Origin: an uncultured virus (IMG/VR IMGVR_UViG_3300006217_000024)
Taxonomy: Duplodnaviria > Heunggongvirae > Uroviricota > Caudoviricetes
IMG/VR virus record: IMGVR_UViG_3300006217_000024
DNA length: 20,000 nucleotides
Reading direction: 5' to 3' (one strand)
Positions 1 through 6,752 of this stretch are shown one piece after another. The translations under genes were made by a program, and so were the position numbers. The notes under the pieces are model-generated. The model did not search any database. It saw nothing but the letters and a program-made list of their open reading frames with translations, and was not told the DNA's origin. Each line of letters opens with the position of its first letter. The stretch's first letter is position 1.

Positions 1-2
1 CA

Positions 3-716
3 GACACAGGAAGCGATTACATCACCTACCAGCAAGACGCGAACCGTCTCATCGAATGGGCGATCACGCGCTTGGGCCTGGGCGAGTTCTTCAGGGCCCG
101 CACAAGTGACGCCGGAATCGTCGTGACCGGAAGGTTCGACCGCTTTGCCGACGGGTATGCGGGGCTTTGCAAGGCTCTCTCCTCTGGCGGCGCGAAACTC
201 AAGGCGATCTATGACGGTGAGCGCGTAGAGCTTTACGCCCTTCCGGTCGCCCGCTACACCGAGGGAGAGGCCCTTGACGCGGATGAGATCACGCTTGTGA
301 TCAAGCAGAACCGAGGGTGCGTGAACCATCTGATCTGTGCGGGAAAGGGTGAACTGCGGGACCGCATCGTGGTGCATCTCTACGCCGATCGCAAGCATCG
401 GATATCACGCACCCAGACCCTGTTCGGCGTGGATGAGGTTGCCGAGTTCTACGACTACAGCAACGCCGAGGAGGCAGATCTGTTAGAGAAGGGCATCGCC
501 AAGCTGCAGGAGTATCAAGAGACCAGCGAGATGGTGGAGGTCACGATCAACAGCGAACGCGAGCTCGATATAGGGGACGTGGTGGGTGCTACTGATCCAG
601 AGACAGGGCTTGCCGCCACAGCGACAGTAACCAAGAAGATCGTGACAAGCGATGGGGAGACATGGACGGCAGAGTACAAGGCCTCGGCCGCTGCCACAGT
701 CAGCATAGCCGCCTGA
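3..716 (+). CDS. Minor tail protein (Siphovirus Gp37/ReqiPepy6-like), 5'-truncated by window edge
   Basis: Frame open from base 3; 'VNHLICAGKGELRDRIVVHLYAD' and 'LDIGDVVGATD' resemble this family; lies upstream of the tail fibre. Confidence 0.7.
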   Translation, partial: DTGSDYITYQQDANRLIEWAITRLGLGEFFRARTSDAGIVVTGRFDRFADGYAGLCKALSSGGAKLKAIYDGERVELYALPVARYTEGEALDADEITLVIKQNRGCVNHLICAGKGELRDRIVVHLYADRKHRISRTQTLFGVDEVAEFYDYSNAEEADLLEKGIAKLQEYQETSEMVEVTINSERELDIGDVVGATDPETGLAATATVTKKIVTSDGETWTAEYKASAAATVSIAA

Positions 717-764
717 GTGACACCAGGCGCATGATGGAGGCGAAACGCGAAGGAAGGACAGGAT

Positions 765-1001
765 ATGGGTGTTACTTCTGGATACTCAGAGTACGTATGC
801 GAGGGCTGCGACGAGCTGGCCATGATCAAGGACGATGACAACACCGCCAAGAACAAGTGGCAGGAGATCGAGCGTGTGACCGCTGATGGGCAGCACATCA
901 AGCGGATGCTGTGCGAGAAGTGCCGCAAGGCCTACAGCCCCTTTGCTGCTGAACAGGACGCCGCCTTCAACGCCTTCATGGCCTCTCGCAGGAGCGCATG
1001 A
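765..1001 (+). CDS. Small CxxC...CxxC (Zn-binding) protein in the tail module
   Basis: 78-aa ORF with CEGC and CEKC; RBS-like AAGGA; ATGA overlap with next gene. Confidence 0.75.
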   Translation: MGVTSGYSEYVCEGCDELAMIKDDDNTAKNKWQEIERVTADGQHIKRMLCEKCRKAYSPFAAEQDAAFNAFMASRRSA

Positions 1002-1849
1002 TGGAGATCGTAACCGGCTTCCAGGGGAAGAACCACGTCACCGCCCAGCAGCTCTCTCGCCTGATCTCCGGCTTAGCAGGAGACGAGACCTATGTCCTTG
1101 ACACGCAGGACCAGCTGGCGATAGAAGTTGTCTCAGCCAACAAGGTGACCATAGCCACAGGCGATCTGATTGCTCAAGGCACCTACTTCACCAACGAGGC
1201 CCCCGAGGATCTGGTGATCGAGAACGGCGTAACGGGTCTGAACCGCAACGATCTCATCGTCTGCAGGTACGAGAAGGCGGAACCTGCAGTCGACGAAGAT
1301 GGGAATCCGGACTACACGATTCCGCGTATCGAAAGCGGTGACTGGGCTGTGGTGAAAGGCACGCCCTCCTCAGGCACCCCAGAAGACCCGTCGGTCGTCA
1401 CTGCATCCCTTCAGGATCCGAACACGTCCCTGGCAGAGTTCCCCGTTTACCGTATTCCGATACGCGGGCTGTCTGTAGGGACACCCGAGCGGATACCCCC
1501 GGTGATCCCCTCTATGCGTGAAGCTTGTGATTCCCTATCACAAACGCTCGAAGGCACATGGCAGCGCATCTCTGGAGGCAAGGGAAACGGACAGTGGTTC
1601 AATAGTCCGCTTCTTGGCGCCACGAAAATCATCCTCGCAGTCGAACATGATGCTCACGAGTCATTGATTGTTTGGCGCACGGTCACCCTCGAAGAGCTGG
1701 AGCAGGCGAACGCATCAAATCCAGTGGTTGTATCATCCTTGATCGAGCCGCAGACCTACTCCATCTCAGCATACATTTCGAATGGAAACATATATGGAAA
1801 GAACGCAAATCCGAACTTTGCGACAGTATGGATCTATGGACTCGTGTAG
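998..1849 (+). CDS. Tail fibre/receptor-binding protein: constant N-terminus fused to currently expressed variable cassette 1 (1529-1849)
   Basis: Last tail gene before the holin; recombination site at 1527-1543 encodes the DSLSQ junction shared with the silent cassettes. Confidence 0.85.
   Translation: MMEIVTGFQGKNHVTAQQLSRLISGLAGDETYVLDTQDQLAIEVVSANKVTIATGDLIAQGTYFTNEAPEDLVIENGVTGLNRNDLIVCRYEKAEPAVDEDGNPDYTIPRIESGDWAVVKGTPSSGTPEDPSVVTASLQDPNTSLAEFPVYRIPIRGLSVGTPERIPPVIPSMREACDSLSQTLEGTWQRISGGKGNGQWFNSPLLGATKIILAVEHDAHESLIVWRTVTLEELEQANASNPVVVSSLIEPQTYSISAYISNGNIYGKNANPNFATVWIYGLV
1527..1543 (+). repeat. Shufflon crossover site A, GTGATTCCCTATCACAA
   Basis: Dyad TTGTGA-TTCCCTA-TCACAA (1525-1543) with asymmetric 7-bp spacer; inverted copies at 2116-2132 and 2306-2322. 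Confidence 0.9.
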
Positions 1850-2130
1850 ATGGTCATATGGCATAGGGGGATGCAGAGCAGATCAACCGTTGGGCGAACC
1901 GTATGCGCGCCGCTTATGAGATTCCTAATACGTCCAGATATAGCATTCTCATAGAGAAGACATCTGGTTATCACGGCATCGGCTGAATACGAATCAAACC
2001 CCGCGATACCCATTACCCTGTAGTCTTCCTGGATCTTCGTGATGTCGACGGAAAAGACCTCGGCACCGTTAGGCCTAAGGGCAATATCACCCGCCGCAAC
2101 ACTGATTCTGGTGGACTGTAATAGGGAATA
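1834..2130 (-). CDS. Silent variable C-terminal cassette 3 (start-less, 98 aa: YSLLQSTRISVAAGDIALRPNGAEVFSVDITKIQEDYRVMGIAGFDSYSADAVITRCLLYENAISGRIRNLISGAHTVRPTVDLLCIPLCHMTIYTSP)
   Basis: Translated by hand; open from site C in the same frame as DSLSQ to TAG at 1834-1836; absent from the ORF track. Confidence 0.8.
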   Translation of the reverse strand, partial: YSLLQSTRISVAAGDIALRPNGAEVFSVDITKIQEDYRVMGIAGFDSYSADAVITRCLLYENAISGRIRNLISGAHTVRPTVDLLCIPLCHMTIYTSP

Positions 2131-2132
2131 AC
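2116..2132 (-). repeat. Shufflon crossover site C, GTTATTCCCTATTACAG
   Basis: 14/17 identical to site A, inverted, with the ATTCCCTAT core intact; abuts the stop of cassette 2. Confidence 0.8.
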
Positions 2133-2320
2133 TACAATGTGCGACTCATTATCGTTTTCCCGTTTTTCTGGATAGTAATCTGCGCGTATTCGCTTTGCGC
2201 CCATAGCTGCCCATACAGGTCTCCGTTTGTTATGCCTATTTGAAAAGCTTTATCAGTCACGGCAAATGTCAGTCTGCTGAGTTTGCTAATGAGTGTCTGT
2301 ACTTCTTGCGATAGGGAATC
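2132..2320 (-). CDS. Silent variable C-terminal cassette 2 (start-less, 62 aa: DSLSQEVQTLISKL...KTIMSRTL)
   Basis: Begins with the same DSLSQ junction as the expressed gene; 3' part of track ORF 2132..2422. Confidence 0.85.
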   Translation of the reverse strand, partial: DSLSQEVQTLISKLSRLTFAVTDKAFQIGITNGDLYGQLWAQSEYAQITIQKNGKTIMSRTL

Positions 2321-2322
2321 AC
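2306..2322 (-). repeat. Shufflon crossover site B, GTGATTCCCTATCGCAA
   Basis: 16/17 identical to site A, inverted; contains the invertase stop codon. Confidence 0.9.
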
Positions 2323-3029
2323 GCGGCCATCGGAAGCTCTCTCGCCGGTTGCGGTGCAGGCTGTGGCGGGATGATGCCCTTGTACATGTCATCGCAGCTT
2401 TTACCAAGCACCAATCGGGCAAGCCTGCGCTGCACCCGTCGCTTGGTCGCAGCAGTGATCTCCATGTAGTATCGGTAGCAGGTCTGGATATTGCTGTGTC
2501 CCATCATCTCAGCCACGTGCTCAATGGCTGCTCCGGCCTTGATCTCTACCGCACCAGTGCGCCAGTCGATGGATTCCCAGCTGAGATAGTAGTTCTCGGA
2601 GGGACGCAACCCCAAGGCGCTCTGCAGGATTAAGGTCGGTTCAAATAGATGTCCGACAAAGCCGCGGATAAGCTTTTTCAGGCGACGCTGCGTAAGCGTG
2701 TTGAGAGGCTCTTGAGGCTTTTGGGTAATCTCGATCCTCCGTGTGGGGTCTATGGCCTCCAAGCCCTCATCTATCGCCCACCGGATGATCTGTCTGAGGC
2801 ATTTGTACGCCTTCTCTGCGCCTGATGGTCCGCGCAATGGTGTCAACTCGTCAACCCACGCTTGCACATCCTTACGCGTGATCTCGCTAACCCTGAGCGC
2901 ACCCCAGCGTGGCAATACGTGACGGTTGATGGATGACTCGTAGCCGTAAACGGTATCGGGCTTTCTGCGCTCACGTTTCTCGGTGAGGTAGTCATTGCAA
3001 ATCTCGGTGATGGTGCTCAGTTCGTACAT
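2319..3029 (-). CDS. Tyrosine recombinase (shufflon invertase), apparently with an in-frame internal deletion
   Basis: RBS AAGGAGG before ATG 3029; core-binding domain, GLRPSE (catalytic R) and MMGHSNIQTCYRYY (H, Y) present; K and HxxR segment missing. Confidence 0.85.
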   Translation of the reverse strand: MYELSTITEICNDYLTEKRERRKPDTVYGYESSINRHVLPRWGALRVSEITRKDVQAWVDELTPLRGPSGAEKAYKCLRQIIRWAIDEGLEAIDPTRRIEITQKPQEPLNTLTQRRLKKLIRGFVGHLFEPTLILQSALGLRPSENYYLSWESIDWRTGAVEIKAGAAIEHVAEMMGHSNIQTCYRYYMEITAATKRRVQRRLARLVLGKSCDDMYKGIIPPQPAPQPARELPMAA

Positions 3030-3116
3030 AGCTCCTCCTTTGAGTGACAGCAGGCGCATCATCTGAGATGCGACATGTGGAGGATTATGTGGCCGTCACG
3101 AGCGAAAGGAGAGATT

Positions 3117-3554
3117 GTGGACTGGGTTACAGCAATAGCCTGGCAGCCGATTTTGGTGATAGTCGTGCTGATGGCGTTCGACATCATCACCGGCTTCGGC
3201 GGAGCCGCAAAGGAGGGTGTCATCCAATCAGGCAAGATGCGCGAGGGGCTATGGCATAAAGCGGGATTCCTGGGGTTGGTCGTCCTTGCGATCATCTGGG
3301 AAGTCGCGGTGCTGTGGATCAATTTCGACGCCTATCTAAAGGGCGCGGGCACCATCGTGCCGGAGTTCCCGGCGGTTTCCGTTGTGTGCGCATTCATAGC
3401 CTTGATCGAACTAATAAGCATCGTCGAGAACCTATGCGTACTCAACCCATCGATCGCGACTCTGCCCTTCATAAAGCAGCTGAAGGCTCACGATCCAGCG
3501 GCCCCGGACATCAAGGTCGAGGTTGATGACGGCGACACACGCACAGACGAGTAG
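3117..3554 (+). CDS. Phage holin (holin family 4-like)
   Basis: GTG start after AAAGGAG; three hydrophobic segments; 'DIITG...SGKMREGLWHK...ELISIVENL' pattern; upstream of the endolysin. Confidence 0.85.
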   Translation: MDWVTAIAWQPILVIVVLMAFDIITGFGGAAKEGVIQSGKMREGLWHKAGFLGLVVLAIIWEVAVLWINFDAYLKGAGTIVPEFPAVSVVCAFIALIELISIVENLCVLNPSIATLPFIKQLKAHDPAAPDIKVEVDDGDTRTDE

Positions 3555-3834
3555 CCCTACAGCCAGTCAAGAGCGGCGCGTGATGCTGATCGCGGCGCTG
3601 CTTGCCTTTGGTATGGTGGCCCTTGTCATGGCCATACGCCTCGGGTCGTGGTTTCTCGCGCCCGCTGAGGTGCCACCAGAGCCAGAGACGCTCCCTGCTG
3701 TTGATCTGCCCCTCCTCACGCCCCTGCAGCGCGAGGAGGCCCGCAGAAGCGGCGTGGGTGCTTATGAGTTTGACGGCATGTGGTATGTAAACGCGGCTTT
3801 GCCGCCTGAACACTGGGAGGACTGGATTGGCTAA
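3523..3834 (+). CDS. Small single-TM protein in the lysis cassette (start uncertain)
   Basis: Hydrophobic stretch then Pro-rich region; overlaps the endolysin start. Confidence 0.6.
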   Translation: MMTATHAQTSSPTASQERRVMLIAALLAFGMVALVMAIRLGSWFLAPAEVPPEPETLPAVDLPLLTPLQREEARRSGVGAYEFDGMWYVNAALPPEHWEDWIG

Positions 3835-4669
3835 GCTATACATCATCTGCGGCCATGGAGCAGGGGACCCTGGAGCCTGCGCGGCAGGCCAGACCGAGGA
3901 GGAGCGCGTCCGTGCGCTGGCGGCGATCATCAAAGAGCGCGGCGGCGCGGATGTGGAAGTGCTTGACACATCACGCAACTGGTACGTGGATGGCGGCATC
4001 AACAGTCTCACGTTGCCAGAGGGCGCTATGCTGTTGGAGCTGCATCGTGATTGGGCGGGAGAGAGCGCACGCGGTGCCCACGTGATCATCTATGCGGGCT
4101 TCGAGGCCGATGACTTCGATAAAGCCCTGGCATCCAAGCTGTCCGCCATCCTTCCGGGACGTTCGCAGACCATCGTGAAGCGCAGCGATCTGGCAAACCC
4201 GAAGCGTGCTGCCAGACGCGGCATCAACTACCGCCTCGTCGAGGTGGGCTTCATCTCCAACGCTGAAGACCGCAACATTTTCGACACGCGCATCACCGAC
4301 ATCGCTGACGCCATTCTGGCGGCAGCTGACATCAGCATCCTGGCAACGAACCCACAGCCTGCTCAACCTGCCCCTACGCCGTCCAGCCCATCGGCATCTA
4401 GCTCGGCCGAGAAAGCTGGCTCTGGTTTCGGCGGCACCTATCGCTGCACCGTCTCCAAGCTCAACGTGCGGGACGCTCCGGGCCTCAGCGGAAACATCGT
4501 CACCAGCTATGCCAAGGGACAGACAGTCGTGCTCGATGATTGGTACGTATCACGAGATGGATACATCTGGGGACGTTACACAGGTGCTCAGAGTGGCAAG
4601 TTGCGGTATGTGGCTGTTGGCCGTGCCACCGGCAAACCAGAGCCGGATGACTATCTGATAAAGGTCTAG
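3827..4669 (+). CDS. Endolysin: N-acetylmuramoyl-L-alanine amidase (Amidase_3) with C-terminal SH3-type cell-wall-binding domain
   Basis: ICGHG, E, LELH, LVEVGFISN motifs; P/S-rich linker; 'LNVRDAPG...DGYIWGRY' SH3b pattern. Confidence 0.92.
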   Translation: MAKLYIICGHGAGDPGACAAGQTEEERVRALAAIIKERGGADVEVLDTSRNWYVDGGINSLTLPEGAMLLELHRDWAGESARGAHVIIYAGFEADDFDKALASKLSAILPGRSQTIVKRSDLANPKRAARRGINYRLVEVGFISNAEDRNIFDTRITDIADAILAAADISILATNPQPAQPAPTPSSPSASSSAEKAGSGFGGTYRCTVSKLNVRDAPGLSGNIVTSYAKGQTVVLDDWYVSRDGYIWGRYTGAQSGKLRYVAVGRATGKPEPDDYLIKV

Positions 4670-5448
4670 CTGTCCAGCTCTCTGAGGTAGATGTGGATGA
4701 TGGGGACGGTGCCCATTATCATCTCGTCGGTGGACACGGTGGCATCATCCATCTTCGAGGCTGGGTAGGTGTGCGTTCCGAAGCGCACCATGTCCTCGCC
4801 CCGCTTGGACACGAACGGCTCAAGCTGCTCGTTGTGCAAGAGAGCGTACTGACGAGGTGTGATCTTGACGAAATCATAGGTGGGGATGTCTGTTGTGTAG
4901 ACCTCCCGCCTTATGTCGATGACCTCATACGATCCGGCCACGAGGGCTTCGGCTTGATCCCAGTCGGAGTGGGCGGAGATGTCCAGATAGCGCGTGGCCC
5001 CGTCGATGTGATAGGCGATGACCTCAGCTCCATCCCTCACGAGCAAACGCCCGTTGCGGCGTCCGATGAAGTTGATGCCAGGTGCGTCATCACGAGCGAC
5101 ATCATATACCCAGCTGTCATATGCGCTCGTTGATTTGACACCCCATTTCAGGATGGTGCCCACCGCAGGGGCTAGGCCGTAGCGCGGAGACCTGCCACGA
5201 CCGCCCTCATTGTAGGTGAGGCCGCCGCTGTTGATCTCCGTACGCACGAGGTTACACGGCACGTTGTCCTGCGACATCACCGCTTCATACAGCTCCTCGG
5301 CGGTGTCCTTGACCTTCTGCGGCACACGCTCCGGTCGGCATGTGTGCCAATACTCGAAGATGCTCCTGCCACCGTGCGTGTATTGCGACCACTCAGCAAT
5401 GCTGATGTAACCGCCATCGACATACTCAGTAATCGTGTCTTTCAGCAT
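4666..5448 (-). CDS. Putative ADP-ribosyltransferase (R-S-E class)
   Basis: LVR69, KS106-T-S108 and LDISAHSDWDQ165-A-E167-ALV in canonical order; RBS GAAAGG. Confidence 0.65.
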   Translation of the reverse strand: MLKDTITEYVDGGYISIAEWSQYTHGGRSIFEYWHTCRPERVPQKVKDTAEELYEAVMSQDNVPCNLVRTEINSGGLTYNEGGRGRSPRYGLAPAVGTILKWGVKSTSAYDSWVYDVARDDAPGINFIGRRNGRLLVRDGAEVIAYHIDGATRYLDISAHSDWDQAEALVAGSYEVIDIRREVYTTDIPTYDFVKITPRQYALLHNEQLEPFVSKRGEDMVRFGTHTYPASKMDDATVSTDEMIMGTVPIIHIYLRELDS

Positions 5449-5483
5449 CCGTTCGCCTTTCTATCAGGACGGCTGTTCTGTCA

Positions 5484-5523
5484 CGCCCCATCCCTCGATG
5501 ATGAGCTCATTGAGGGATGGGCG
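5484..5523. terminator. Strong intergenic hairpin (attenuator/terminator-like) upstream of the ART gene
   Basis: CCATCCCTCGATGA (5488-5501) pairs with TCATTGAGGGATGG (5507-5520), one G-T pair; no U-tract. Confidence 0.55.
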
Positions 5524-5533
5524 GTCATCTCCT

Positions 5534-6025
5534 CTATTCGTTCGATATCTTTCGCTTGCAAGATTCAAGCGATCCCGGAGTCACGTATACAGACCCATGG
5601 ACCTTGATGGCTTTGAGCTTACCCTCCGCTATCATCTGCGTTATCCGGCCAGGGGTAACGCCGAGTGACCGAGCGGCATCTGCGGCGGATACGGTGTGTG
5701 CTTTACGAATGCCAACGCCAACGCCGCATGCGAACTGGTCTTTGTCGTAGCCATCATCGTACCAGCCGAGATCTATGCCGTCCATGTAGTAGCCGATCCG
5801 GTCCTCGTCCTGCGGGGTGAGGGCGCGGGAGGCGAAAGCCTTGCGCATGAGTAGCGCAAGCCCCGTGTCAGGATGGTAGAACACATTGTCAATCGTGAAG
5901 CCGTCAAGGCCATAGCAATCCCTGCCTTCGCGCTCAGCGTCCTTGTTAATGGCGTCCCGCACAATGCGGTAGATCTGACCATACAGGATGCCCATCTGAT
6001 AACTCTTCTCTTCGCTTACTGTCAT
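5534..6025 (-). CDS. C-terminal HTH_17-type DNA-binding domain with an N-terminal helical domain resembling Cas11c (Cas8c C-terminus)
   Basis: HTH 'VSAADAARSLGVTPGRITQMIAEGKLKAIK' is clear; the Cas11-like assignment is by-eye only. Confidence 0.7.
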   Translation of the reverse strand: MTVSEEKSYQMGILYGQIYRIVRDAINKDAEREGRDCYGLDGFTIDNVFYHPDTGLALLMRKAFASRALTPQDEDRIGYYMDGIDLGWYDDGYDKDQFACGVGVGIRKAHTVSAADAARSLGVTPGRITQMIAEGKLKAIKVHGSVYVTPGSLESCKRKISNE

Positions 6026-6034
6026 GTCATCCCC

Positions 6035-6442
6035 CTATGCTACGAGCTCGTGTGCGATCTCGGTGAAGACCTGCATAGGCCGCCAGTTCTGGTTCTCGAT
6101 GAACCACTCGGCCGACGTTTGTTCAGTGAGCTGGGAGCGCATGCGGCTGTATATCTCAGCCACGGTATCCTCCGCTCCCTCTGCACCTTTGCCGCACTTA
6201 TCTACAAAGGATTCGTAGTCTCTGATGAGCCCTGAGCGGATGTCGAGCGCCCAAGCGATCTGCTTCTCAGAGCCCTTCAGCTCGGCCATGCCATCCTCGC
6301 CGTTCTTTGCAGCCCTGCACGCGTCGCAGGGATGAGACGCAAGCCATGCTGCTTTGCGCTCACGCTCACCGTGGACGTTGGTGCCGCAGATGTTGACCGT
6401 GGTGGTATGCCCGCAGGTGTGCTCGATCTCGTACTTTGCCAT
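6035..6442 (-). CDS. Conserved phage/mobile-element hypothetical protein (CGH...CxxC Zn-finger and 'LKGSEKQIAWA.DIR' motif)
   Basis: Clean ORF, RBS GAAAGGG, first gene after the promoter at 6473-6501. Confidence 0.8.
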   Translation of the reverse strand: MAKYEIEHTCGHTTTVNICGTNVHGERERKAAWLASHPCDACRAAKNGEDGMAELKGSEKQIAWALDIRSGLIRDYESFVDKCGKGAEGAEDTVAEIYSRMRSQLTEQTSAEWFIENQNWRPMQVFTEIAHELVA

Positions 6443-6465
6443 ATCATGCCCTTTCTCTTGCTGTC

Positions 6466-6523
6466 ATTAAACATTTTATAATATTGTTTAGCGTTTGTCT
6501 ATACGATTTTGAAAATGTTTAAT
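6466..6523 (-). promoter_or_regulatory. Sigma70-type promoter flanked by a perfect 12-bp inverted repeat (operator)
   Basis: -35 TAGACA (6496-6501), 17-bp spacer, -10 TAAAAT (6473-6478); ATTAAACATTTT 6466-6477 and AAAATGTTTAAT 6512-6523; extra half-site TGTTTA 6485-6490. Confidence 0.8.
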
Positions 6524-6689
6524 CAGATAGTAGGCCAGCCTCTGCTTCTGCTGTCGCATCCATCCAATCCTCGCATGACCTGAGGGCAGCTACCACTGCC
6601 CATAGCTCCGGTATGGTGTCGGCGTATTGTTCGACGATCTGAGCGCATGCGCTGATGGTTTCAGTAACTTCTGCGGAATTGTTTAGCAT
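6519..6689 (-). CDS. Small acidic hypothetical protein (56 aa)
   Basis: RBS GAAAGGA before ATG 6689. Confidence 0.55.
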   Translation of the reverse strand: MLNNSAEVTETISACAQIVEQYADTIPELWAVVAALRSCEDWMDATAEAEAGLLSD

Positions 6690-6752
6690 GACGGGTCCTT
6701 TCACGAGGGTAATCCCACCATTTTGACTGCTAAAACAGACAGAAACCGTGAA

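Noticed and set aside
1857..1873. Possible fourth shufflon site (minus-strand GCATCCCCCTATGCCAT), in frame
   Set aside because: Only 9/17 match to site A, the core is altered, and it would give a tail of about 10 aa
2013..2204. Track ORF 2013..2204 (-)
   Set aside because: Wrong frame across cassettes 2 and 3; the site-registered frames explain the region
998..2322. Diversity-generating retroelement as the source of tail variation
   Set aside because: No reverse transcriptase and no long template/variable repeat pair with adenine-specific mismatches in the window
3511..4366. Long antisense ORFs over the lysis genes (and similar shadow ORFs elsewhere)
   Set aside because: Shadow frames of GC-rich genes with no RBS or recognisable motifs
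6028..6040. 13-bp perfect inverted match to 1861-1873 (CATCCCCCTATGC)
   Set aside because: A few 13-mer matches are expected by chance in 20 kb; here it is simply the RBS region of the HTH gene
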